Counted from the stretch's first letter, positions 1-9,560 are shown. The stretch: 14,538 nucleotides of DNA from Octopus sinensis (GCF_006345805.1 NW_021825789.1:1-14538); one strand, 5' to 3'. Numbers and translations are program-made. The notes: generated by a model from the sequence alone, not told the origin.

Positions 1-50
1 CAAAACAATAGCATAGGATTCAGTAACTCCATACGGATTAGCAACTTTAA

Positions 51-594
51 GGTTGATTACTGTAAATCCTCGAGTATAATCCACATTTTTCCCCCAAAAT
101 GCCCGAGTCTCTATTTGCTGTCCGGCAATGTTTATTCAGACGCATTTTGTGATGTCGGGCGCGAAAATACCTTAAGCTGAGCCTGAAAGCAATGAAGTCA
201 TAAAAGAATCACCCATAACTTGCAGTAAGCAACATTTATTAAAATAAAAGTATTCAGAACACAGAATAACATGTGACAAAAACAATTTGCAAACATATTT
301 ACATTCCCATATAACAGTTAAGAACATCACTATTATTGTATTACACATGCGAGGAAGTGTTTGTTCGACTAGGTGCTACTGGCTTAATTACGTACGCCTC
401 AAGTTAGAAAAAGGGTGCGTATTATACACAAGGTTTGGGTTTTTCAGAAGTACAACCCCCTAAAAATCCCCTGCGTATTATACTCAAGGGCGGACTATCC
501 TCGAGGATCTACGGTATACTGCAGCGACTTTTCATCAGACTTGCATCAAAGTTTGATACAAATCTGATGAAAAGCTGCTGCAATGTAACCAGCC
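51..594. repeat. 87-bp palindromic (hairpin) mini-element interrupted by the MITE at 60-514
   Basis: 520-550 pairs with 552-582 (27/31, 1-nt centre G551). Removing the MITE and one TA joins 51-59 to 517-550, giving a 43-bp arm that matches the reverse complement of 552-594 at 35/43; all mismatches are transitions. Confidence 0.7.
60..514. mobile_element. Non-autonomous Tc1/mariner-superfamily (pogo/Tigger-like) MITE, 455 bp
   Basis: Imperfect 25-bp TIRs: CTGTAAATCCTCGAGTATAATCCAC (60-84) vs reverse complement of 490-514 CCGTAGATCCTCGAGGATAGTCCGC (20/25). TA on both sides (58-59, 515-516). Subterminal direct repeats TGCGTATTATAC(A/T)CAAGG at 416-433 and 472-489. No transposase ORF. Confidence 0.8.
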
Positions 595-713
595 GCTAAT
601 ATTACATAACTTCGCATGAAACCATTTATGTTTTTAACGAAGTGGTGCTGAAACAAATGAAACTAGAATTAAGATGTGCTAAACCGATTCATCGTCTTCT
701 TTTTTTGGAATAC

Positions 714-716
<3 letters not shown>

Positions 717-748
<32 letters not shown>

Positions 749-960
749 GCAGCAAAAGCGCCAAGGTACTCACACACATACCCACACTCACGCACACATA
801 AATGCACCCATACACACATCTACATATCCACACACACATATACTCATCTCCTCCATGGACTGTGCAGATATATACACGCACGCGTGCGTACTCCACCCAC
901 ATAAATACTCGCATCACCAAACAAGTACACACATATTTGCACTCCCACACACGTACGTGT
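717..960. repeat. (CA)n microsatellite (717-746) and degenerate CA-rich low-complexity tract
   Basis: Directly visible. Confidence 0.9.
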
Positions 961-997
961 ATCGTTTCTAATATATAACTATTTCGTGGTGGCCGAA

Positions 998-1610
998 GGC
1001 GGCGAGCTGGCAGAAACGTTAGCACGCCGGGCGAAATGCTTAGAGGTATTTTGTCTGCCCTTACGTTCTGAGTTCAAATTCCGCCGAGGTCGACTTTGCT
1101 TTTCATCCTCTCAGGGTCGATAAATTAAGTACAGTTACGTACTGGGGTCGATGTAATCGACTTAATCCCTTTGTATGTCTTTGTTTGTCCCCTCTATGTT
1201 TAGCCCCATGTGGGCAATAAAGATATGAGAAACGTTAGCATACCGGGCGAAACGCTTAGCGGTATTTCGTCTGCCGCTATGTTCTGAGTTCAAATTCCGC
1301 CGAGGTCGACTTTGCCTTTCATCCTTTCGGGGTCGATTAAATAAGTATCAGTCACAGACTGGGGTCGATATAATCGACTTAATCCGTTTGTCTGTCCTTG
1401 TTTGTACTCTCTGTGTTTAGCCCCTTGTGGGTAGTAAAGAAATAAGGTATTTAGTCTACCGTTACGTTCTGAGTTCAAATTCCGCCGAGGTCGACTTTGC
1501 CTTTCATCCTTTCGGAGTCAATAAATTAAGTACCAGTTGCGTACTGGGATCGATCTAATCGACTGGCTTCCTCCCCCCAAATTTCGGGCCTTGAGCCAAG
1601 AGTAGAAAAG
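998..1610 (+). mobile_element. Head-to-tail trimer of a tRNA-derived SINE (units ~998-1227, 1228-1445, 1446-1610)
   Basis: Three copies of ...GTTCTGAGTTCAAATTCCGCCGAGGTCGACTTTGC(C/T)TTTCATCC... A-box-like TGGCAGAAACGTTAG and B-box-like GAGTTCAAATTCC. Units 2 and 3 are progressively 5'-truncated. Flanked by AACTATTTCGTGGTGGCCGAA (977-997) and AACTATTTCCTGGCCGAA (1611-1628). Confidence 0.9.
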
Positions 1611-1990
1611 AACTATTTCCTGGCCGAAAGTGCAATACAAACCAGGTTGCTGCCAATTATAAATAGTGTAATATGAAGAGAATAAAGTTAGTCGTACTGC
1701 ATAACAGCACATTACTTAACTGCATAACTAAATGTACACATATGCACATATAAAAAATGCACACACACACAAAGAGAAATACGAACATAAATATATATTA
1801 TACATATAAATACATGTCACATACATAAACTTACATATACACATTCAAAATTACCAAGAAGACAGTTTAACGGCTGTTGATGAATCAACCAACCACACAT
1901 TAATTCAGCGGTGGTAGGAGACAAACAACACAGATGCGCGTATTGATATGAACAGACTTTAAAGCACAGAATGAGTTGAATTTTACTAAA

Positions 1991-2301
1991 AATAAAGGAA
2001 TTCGCGAACGCAGAATAGCTGTGAAAACAGCTCAGATGATCGAATAAATATCTTTAGGAGACGGGAAAAAGTGGACAGCAAGCCGCTACATAGAAATCGA
2101 ACCTTGTACTTCAAAAGACGGTGCCTGTTGTCAGGGGTCGCATAGCTAAATAGTACTGAATGCTCAGCCGAAACTCGAGAGATACAGGGTTCGATTCTCG
2201 GTAGCAACTTGCTGACCATTTTTTTTGTCGTCTTTTAAGGGTATTTACCCGATCATCTAAGCTGTTTACACAGTCATTCTGCGTTAGAGATTTCCTTTAT
2301 T
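1991..2301. mobile_element. Fold-back / MITE-like element with ~119-bp inverted arms containing tRNA-like sequence
   Basis: 1991-2109 aligns with the reverse complement of 2183-2301 at roughly 75-80% by eye (AATAAAGGAA...AACGCAGAAT..CTGTG.AAACAGCT.AGATGATCG...AATCGAACC.TGTA). Confidence 0.8.
2136..2209 (+). pseudogene. Degenerate tRNA-like cassette (Pol III A/B boxes) inside the fold-back element
   Basis: A-box-like TAGCTAAATAGT (2143-2154), B-box GGTTCGATTC (2188-2197), partial T-stem CAGGG/CTCGG, imperfect acceptor stem, GAA at the anticodon position, and a T8 run at 2219-2226. Stems are too mismatched for a functional tRNA. Confidence 0.6.
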
Positions 2302-2306
2302 CTATA

Positions 2307-2378
2307 AAGGTGCGGCACAGTGGAACTAAACCAAGACCACATAGGAAACAAGCTTGTTATCGATTCAGCCACGCCTGC
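2307..2378 (-). mobile_element. 5' head fragment of a second tRNA-derived SINE family
   Basis: Minus strand reads GCAGGCGTGGCTGAATCGATAACAAGCTTG...GTGGTCTTGGTTTAGTTCCACTGTGCCGCACCTT, with degenerate A and B boxes. Resembles a common octopus SINE head as I recall it. Confidence 0.55.
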
Positions 2379-2455
2379 AGACTGGAGAAATATTTTTTCT
2401 CCAAAACTTTTGAATACTACGGGTAGGTGTCTGGCATTTGTGTCAATATATGTGA

Positions 2456-2659
2456 GGTGGCAGAAACGTTAGCACGCCGGGCGAAATGCTTAGCAGTATT
2501 TCGTCTGCCTTTACGTTCTGAGTTCAAATTCCGCCGAGGTCGACTTTGCCTTTCATCCTTTCGGGGTCGATAAATTAAGTACCAGTTGCATACTGCAGTT
2601 GATCTAATCAACTGGTCCTCTCCCACAAAATTTTGGGCCTTGTGCCTAGAGAAGAAATG
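2456..2659 (+). mobile_element. Monomeric tRNA-derived SINE, same family as 998-1610 (tail type of unit 3)
   Basis: Near-identical to the head and body of 1008-1150 and to the tail of 1520-1610. Perfect 11-bp TSD AATATATGTGA at 2445-2455 and 2660-2670. Confidence 0.92.
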
Positions 2660-2974
2660 AATATATGTGAATCTTTTTGTTTAGTTTTCTGTATAGCATA
2701 TATTTGCGTATAATTAAGTTAAATGAAACATCTGTAGAATTAACTGTACTCAAGTTTGTAGATATTGTTATTTTAAGTTAGCAAAATACTTTTTTGATCT
2801 CACAACGTGAGATATTCAGCAACAGTACTTTGTAATAAAGCTTGTTTGCCAACATAACATGGCAGTCCTAGTTTAGGACTAATATTGCTGTAATTTAGCC
2901 CCAGGAGACATCGTCTCCAGCTGGCTATACGACACGATCTGTGTCCTTATATTTTCGAACAAGGGAATCTACAA

Positions 2975-3144
2975 GCATACATACCTGAACACATATTTGT
3001 ATACATACATGCACACATATTTACATAATACATACATACATACACAGATACATACATACATACATGCATACAAACATACATACATACATACATACATACA
3101 TACATACATACATACATACATACATACATACATACATACATGCA

Positions 3145-3177
<33 letters not shown>

Positions 3178-3216
3178 GCATACATACATACATATATACA
3201 TACACATATACATACA

Positions 3217-3249
<33 letters not shown>

Positions 3250-3365
3250 GCATACATATATACATACACATATACATATATACACATATCTAAATACATA
3301 CATACACACATATGTGTACATACATACATGCATATATACAGGCATGCATCATGCACACATACATA
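2975..3365. repeat. (CATA)n microsatellite with degenerate flanks
   Basis: Directly visible. Confidence 0.95.
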
Positions 3366-3990
3366 CTTGTGTATGTATATGAATAAATATTTATAAGAAT
3401 AAAATGCATATATATAATCTTTAATATATACATATATAAGTGTGTGTGTGCGTGTCTCCCTGCAGTGTGTATATATTAAGCTGCTGATGTTGAAACTACA
3501 GCATATATTTGTGCATAAAGTTCGATGGCATAGCATACTTTCAATGCTTGCTATTCAGATGATTTCGAAGCTGTTGAGCGAAAAAGAGCTTTTACACATC
3601 AGTTCTATTATTAAGAAGGAATATCATATTTATTTGAAAGTAAATGATAAATACAATTGTTGCTCCCTCTGTTGCTCTAGTTCTGACTTCCTTCATTCGC
3701 ATGACAATAAAATAAATTATATCACTAAATGTCAGACTTGTTGAGTCAAAGTTTGTTTTAAATACCATACAACAATTGATGATATGAAAAGTACGAGGAA
3801 TATTACTGAGGTTGTCTCTTCAATGAAGATATATATCAGCAGTCAGTTGACCTTAAAGAAAATAGAAAGGAGAATGAATTTTCGTATAAATATATCCCAA
3901 CAATGTAATATGCATGGATTACATCTTTCGGGCCCTTTGTCGCTTGAACAATATGTATGGCTAACATACAAACAGGACTGTAAATGTCAC

Positions 3991-4031
3991 GTATGTATGT
4001 ATGTATGTATGTATGTATGTATGTATGTATG

Positions 4032-4062
<31 letters not shown>

Positions 4063-4108
4063 TGTATGTATTAATGTATGTATGTATGTATGTATGCATG
4101 TATGTATG
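3991..4108. repeat. (TATG)n microsatellite abutting the 3' end of LINE copy 1
   Basis: Directly visible. Confidence 0.95.
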
Positions 4109-4109
4109 T

Positions 4110-6344
4110 CTCTTCTGCTTTTTAATTATTATAAATCTTCCACTGAGGAGGCAGCCGGTTTCCAACAAAGATACAAGGCTCCATCTTTGGGATGTAATTA
4201 ACACAGAGAAATTCACATTTGGAACTTGCGAAAAGTCTTGCATACTTTTACTGTTCCACTCACAGATTGAACTTGTAATGTACGAATTAGCCGGTCGATT
4301 TCTCTTTCTGAAAATCTCAGTGTATCCAGATTTTTCTTTAAGCATTTACTAACAAAACCTAGCACTCCAATTATTATTAATATGAATGTGAATTAATAGT
4401 CTGAATATAGAAGCTGGCGATTTCGAAGAAGTTGTCTATAGATATCCTCTTTGTCTTTGATTTTCAAAGATATATTTATATTTGCAGAGCAGCTGAGCTC
4501 TATGACGGTACATACTTTTGCCCGTCTGTCTCAAATAACAATATCCGGCCTGTTATGCTTATATTTGACAGAAGTTTTGATGGAAATATTCCCCCAATAT
4601 TCCTTGAGTTGGTTTTTATGAATGTATTCCATAACAGAGGGAATTTCCAAGTTTATTTCAGGGCAGTCTCTTTTGCGGATGGCGTTGTAAATTGTTTTAG
4701 CAACAACATCGTGCCGCATAGGGAGGTAGTACCGAGACGATATTTTAGGACAGCTGCTAATCACATGCGTAATGTTTTCCACAGAAACATGACATGGCCT
4801 ACACATGCGGTTGCACCTTGGGATTACAAGAGCATCATTGTCTCTCTTGTTCATCAGGTACTTTGTGGCAATCTCCTGTTCCTGGATTGCAAACGCACAG
4901 CCTTCAAAGTGTGATGTGATGTAGTGGCCTTGTGTCCAAGAGAGGCTGCGCTTTGTGTCAATTCTACTGTCTTCTTCAAGCTTCCGGGCAGCATATCCAT
5001 GCATGGTCTTTTTTTTGTATGCTGAGTGCTTTCCATCCAGGTTTCTCTGAGTTAAGAGAGTCTAGCTATGTTGGGGCTGTGTAGAAGATTATCAGCAAGA
5101 GAGTGTTTCTTGAGGAGTTCACTGCCAACTCGTACAATGTTGCTCACTTGACTTTCAGGACTACATTAATATATTTATGTTTGCTGTTACTGTTTAGCAG
5201 GTGCTGCCTGAGTGATACGATACGGCATTCGAAGGCCGTCTGCACTGATTTCATGGCCTCTACCACCTTCATTTCTTCTTAAGCAGAGCCTGTCAACATC
5301 ACTGTTTTGTGGAAGTTCCCAGATGTCAGGATTTTGCGGGTTTTGATATATATATATATGAAGTGGATTTCCTTTTCGGACCAATCAAGTATCCCAAATG
5401 TTGGGATCAGCACTGGTACTGCAAATGCATAGTGGGATATCGTTTTGTTGTAAGAGGAGAGTTCCGACTGCCATATTTTCCTAAGTCTGGTGTAATATTC
5501 TCGGGTCACTCTATCTTTATTCACAGAGTCTTCATATGGTACATGTTCGTCTATGCCTAGGTGCTTGTAACATTCTTTGTGTGGAATAGGGGAGATAGAG
5601 AGACCGTTGATGCACAGGTTTTGGGTTTGGGGAACTGATTTTCCTCGTTCTGTAACCAAATATGAACATTTCTTTTGACGAAATTCCATGCCTATGTCAG
5701 CCGAAAATGTCACTAATTCCAGTTTATTTTATTTGCATTGTTAACACGTTTAGCATAAATCTTCAGGTCATCTACAAAGAAATTATGGGTTACATTGATA
5801 TTTCTGGCAGTTGAAAATCCTAACTTATAACCATTTGTTTTCTGTAGTTGGAACGATAATGGATTCAGTGCCAAAATGAAAAGAAGTACAAAAGGACTAT
5901 CTCCCTGGAATATTCCCTTTGTAATGCCTATACTATTAGAAACAATTATTCTGTTCTCAGTTGTAAGGTTAAGAATAGTTGTCCATGTCTTAGTGAGTCT
6001 CTCTAAAGCAGCAATTAAGGTAGTAGGTACCTTTGCCAGATGTAGGCACTTCAACAGTCATGAATGAGGGATAGAGTCGGATGCCTTCTTATAGTCAAGC
6101 CATACTGTCACAAGGTTTCTGCGTTGTTTTCTTACTTCAGACAGTACAGCTTTGTTTATTAAAAGTTGTCCGGCACATCCCCACACTCTCTTCTCTCCAC
6201 CAGCCTGTTCACCAGTCACAATGTTTTTCGACTCACAATGGTCATGGATGAATTGGTTGAGGCAACTTGTGTACAGTTTAGGCAAGCAATGGGCCTGTAG
6301 TTTCCTCGGTGATTTCATTTTTGGCAACAAGATTTGTCCTTGCT
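4110..6344 (-). mobile_element. 5'-truncated, decayed R4/Dong-like non-LTR retrotransposon (RT + CCHC zinc knuckle + restriction-like endonuclease), copy/family 1
   Basis: Collinear frameshifted minus-strand pieces: NYRPIACL (~6290), WLDYKKASDSIPHS (ORF 6058-6330), GIFQGDS...LNPLS...HNFFVDDLKIYA (5713-6054), DIGMEF...KKC...YKHLGI (5279-5713), DRLCLRRNEGGRG (5187-5384), CRPC..VENITHVISSC, RHD and HNRPDIV (4531-5004). The last frame continues through stops as DRRAKVCTVIELSC...IIIGVLG...VSGTVKVCKTFRKFQM* (stop 4213-4215), followed by a ~100-nt 3' UTR. Confidence 0.92.
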
Positions 6345-6425
6345 GTATGTATGTATGTATGTATGTATGTATGTATGTATGTATGTATGTATGTATGTAT
6401 GTATGTATGTATGTATGTATGTATG
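6345..6425. repeat. Perfect (GTAT)~20 array separating the two LINEs
   Basis: Directly visible, no interruptions. Confidence 0.95.
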
Positions 6426-7757
6426 TTCTCTTTCCCTTTTTAATTTAGGGTAAATTTCGTCCGGCCACCGACTTGGTAGCGAGGTTGTGAAAGGAAGTAC
6501 CTTGTTTTAAATATCATCCTTAACTCTTAAGGTCTTGCAGATTTTTATAGTCCCAGATACTGTGTTCATTTGTAGTGAATGAATTAAGTATTTGTGTTCT
6601 CTCTCCAAGATTTCAAGTTAAACCATACTTTTCTCCCGACGGGTTGGTATGTATCTTGCCGCTCCGTTAATAATAGGTATGAAGCTGAAAGTGTACCTTA
6701 GGTACTGGATTTGCAAACTCCTTATCAATGGTCTATAGATGTCCCCTTTCTATTGTAATTTTCTAACCACATTCAGAGGGCAGCTGATTTCCACAACAGA
6801 ACATATCTTTTCCTTGAGGCCCCACACAACAATATCTATCTAACCTGTTGCGTTTTAACCTGATGGTAGTTTTAATTTTTAAGTTCCACCAATATTCATT
6901 TAACCCATTGATCTCAATATTGTCAACTTCTTCTGTAGGTGTTTCCTTTTCTGTTCCATAGCGTTCTGGCCACCTCATGGGAAGATTATATCTAGAAGAT
7001 ATTCTCTCACAATAGACGATAATGAGGTTGATGTCTTCAGTCTCGGTTTTGCAAAGTCTAAATTTGTTGTCTGTTAATGTTTTCTGCCTTTTATGCTGTA
7101 GATACTTGAATGGCATCACTTGTTCTTGGATTGCATGGATGTAGCCTTCAATATGAGATGTCCACACCAAGCTTGTCGGTACTCCACACCAAGCATTTGA
7201 CATGATCAATCTCTTTTATGATCCGTGTTTTTCGTGCCAAGTACCCATATACTATCTTCTCAATGAACTGGTCTGTTTTATTTTGTTCTGATGATAAATA
7301 GATTTTACCAATGTTCTCTGGGGAGAGATCTCTATCAGCTCTTATTTCATGTCTCTTCTCAAGTTCATTAGCTATCTTAATTATGTAGCTGATTTTATGG
7401 TCACAAACTAGGGCAAGATAGTTTTACTGGTCTCTTTTCTCTGCTGTAAGATGTTTCCCTATCACACACAACACGTAATCCATATGACATTAAGACAGAT
7501 TTGAGACCACGACCACCTAACCGTGCGTGGGAAGTATAGCCTGTCTACGTATTTATCGATATTGAAATTTCCTGTAACGCTCAGCAGCTTGTGAATTCGA
7601 AGGACTATCTTACTGAGTTCTTGAAGTAAGCAATTCAGAAGGCCAAACGCAGGTGTGAGGATAAACAGTGCAAAGTTGTTGTGGACAACAAGCGTTCTGT
7701 AAACTGAGAGTTCTGATGACCATATTCCTTTACTTGCGGAGGTATTCATTCTGATTG
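6426..7757 (-). mobile_element. 5'-truncated, more decayed R4/Dong-like non-LTR retrotransposon, copy/family 2
   Basis: Minus-strand peptides homologous to copy 1: KGIWSSELS...FALFILTPAFGLLN...VDRLYFPR (7462-7755), SHIEGYIHAIQEQ...RLCKTETEDINLII..CERISSRYNLPMR...YWWNLKIKT (6763-7209), and C-terminal VSGTIKICKT (~6530-6560). The 3' UTR differs from copy 1 except for the terminal motif. Confidence 0.88.
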
Positions 7758-7758
7758 T

Positions 7759-8132
7759 GTATGTATGTATGTATGTTATGTATGTTATGTATGATGTAGT
7801 ATGTATGTATGTATGTATGTATGTATGTATGTATGTATGCATGTATGTATGTATGTATTTATGTATGTAGTATGTATGCATGTATGTATGTGTATGTATG
7901 TATGTATGATGTATGTATGTATGTATGTATGTATGTATGTATGTATGTATGTATGTATGTAGGCTGCATGCCGTATGTATGTATGTATGTATTTATGTAT
8001 GTATGTATGTATGTATGTATGTATGTATGTATGTATATCATGCATGTATTATTATGTATGTATATATTTATGTATGTATGTATATATGTATGTGCGTGTG
8101 TGTATGCATGCATGCATGCATGTATGTATGTA
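7759..8132. repeat. Degenerate (TATG)n microsatellite abutting the 5' end of LINE copy 2
   Basis: Directly visible. Confidence 0.95.
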
Positions 8133-8440
8133 CATTCGTTCAAACCTACCAACCTACCTACGACGAAGGGTTTAAAAAGCGTAAAAATATTTTCTTTCTC
8201 AACTTACTCAAGATCTTTTGTTGTTTATAAATGGGAGAGAGATAGATAGAGAAAGATAGAGAGTAAGAGAAAGCGAGCGAAAGTCTACTATCTTCCCTCG
8301 CCGCCTTCGACAGCGCTGTCACACACTCTCTCTATGTCTGTCTGCATTCATAGAGAGAATTATCATCGTCACAACCACCACACAATCATGAGAACAAATA
8401 TTATGAATCAGATATTTTTGGGTTAATTTATGTGTGTGTT

Positions 8441-8496
8441 CTATATATAAAATATGTATATATGATGTATATATACAAAGTGTAAATATCTGTACT

Positions 8497-8535
<39 letters not shown>

Positions 8536-8642
8536 GTATACATTTATATATATAATGCGTACACATACGCACACACACACATACGTACACACACCACACA
8601 CAACATACACACCCACACACACACACACAACACACACACACA

Positions 8643-8685
<43 letters not shown>

Positions 8686-8690
8686 ATGTG
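8441..8690. repeat. (TA)n and (CA)n compound microsatellite
   Basis: Directly visible. Confidence 0.9.
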
Positions 8691-8916
8691 TGCATATGTG
8701 GTCGGTTGAGCTGAAAATATGCACACCTACGTTAAAGTGGTGGCGAGTTTGCATGGCAAAATATTTTTTCCCTCAAATGAAAGGCGTGACCTCTAGGACA
8801 AAATTCCTCATCTTATAAAATGTGCCGAGTAGACCCGAATGAAATCGGGTTAATAACCAAAATGTGAAAATGGGTCTAAATGGGGCTGGAAAGGGATTAT
8901 TAAATTTACAGGAGCG

Positions 8917-9172
8917 GGTGTTTAGGAATTCTCTGTTACATCAAGCTAAAAAATTTGCGCCAGCCTTTTAATCGTCAATGTGTTGCCGTCCATGATGAAG
9001 AAGTTTTGAATGCTTGCCATGGTGAGTCTACTGTCGTGAGAAAGAATCACTTCAAAGCTTGGTGTTTAGGAATTTTCTTTTACATCAAGTTCAAAATTTT
9101 ACGCCAGCCGTTAAACTGCCACTACGTTGCTGTCCGTCGTTAAGAAATGCCAGCCATGGTGACTCTACTATC
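8917..9172 (+). repeat. Diverged tandem duplication, period 144 bp (8917-9035 / 9061-9172)
   Basis: GGTGTTTAGGAATT....TTACATCAAG...CGCCAGCC...GTTGC.GTCC...GCCATGGTGA.TCTACT shared by both units. Confidence 0.8.
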
Positions 9173-9490
9173 CTCACATTCTATCCCTTCAAACTTTGGT
9201 TTCCAATATTTCATTATTTTTATTCAGCTCGCAAGTTCGTCTGTCCCTTTTAAATGTTAGTGTTTTGCTGTCTGCCTTGAAGCAGACCTTTTCGTTGTCA
9301 CTGCCTGATATTTATGAGTGATCTTTGAAAATATTTACTTTCTCAACTTACTCAAGATCTTTTGTTGTTTATAAATGGGAGAGAGATAGATAAAGATAGA
9401 GAGTAAGAGAAAGCGAGGGAGAGTCCGAGAGAAAGGAAGAGTAAGACAGTGGGAAAGTTAGAGAGAAAGGAGAGAGAAACAGAGAGGGAG

Positions 9491-9491
<1 letters not shown>

Positions 9492-9560
<69 letters not shown>

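Larger units (their letters stand above)
8184..9417 (+). repeat. ~90-bp near-identical direct repeat pair (8184-8277 / 9328-9417)
   Basis: AAAATATTT(T/A)CTTTCTCAACTTACTCAAGATCTTTTGTTGTTTATAAATGGGAGAGAG...AAAGCGAG; one substitution and one 4-nt indel. Confidence 0.92.

Noticed and set aside
565-575. CTGATGA hammerhead-ribozyme core (also ~7713 and ~14513)
   Set aside because: No stem II followed by GAAA and no matching stems I/III.
642-1025. His/Thr- and Cys/Val-rich ORFs (likewise 8441-8754, 10943-11345, 13689-13917)
   Set aside because: (CA)n/(TG)n microsatellite read-through.
2136-2209. Functional tRNA-Phe(GAA) gene
   Set aside because: Acceptor, anticodon and T stems are mismatched, and half of it lies in a repeat arm.
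2947-3536. Cluster of MYVC/HTYI-repeat ORFs (likewise 3836-4352, 7785-8249, 9711-10040)
   Set aside because: Translations of (TATG)n/(CATA)n arrays, which lack stop codons; not genes.
3480-3960. Possible hAT transposase relic (LKLQ...VRWHSILSML; PSVALVL)
   Set aside because: Only two short motif resemblances and no convincing dimerisation motif or TIRs; needs an HMM search.
4432-6448. Plus-strand ORFs 4432-4914, 5309-5560, 5876-6067 and 6152-6448
   Set aside because: Antisense shadows of the LINE reading frame.
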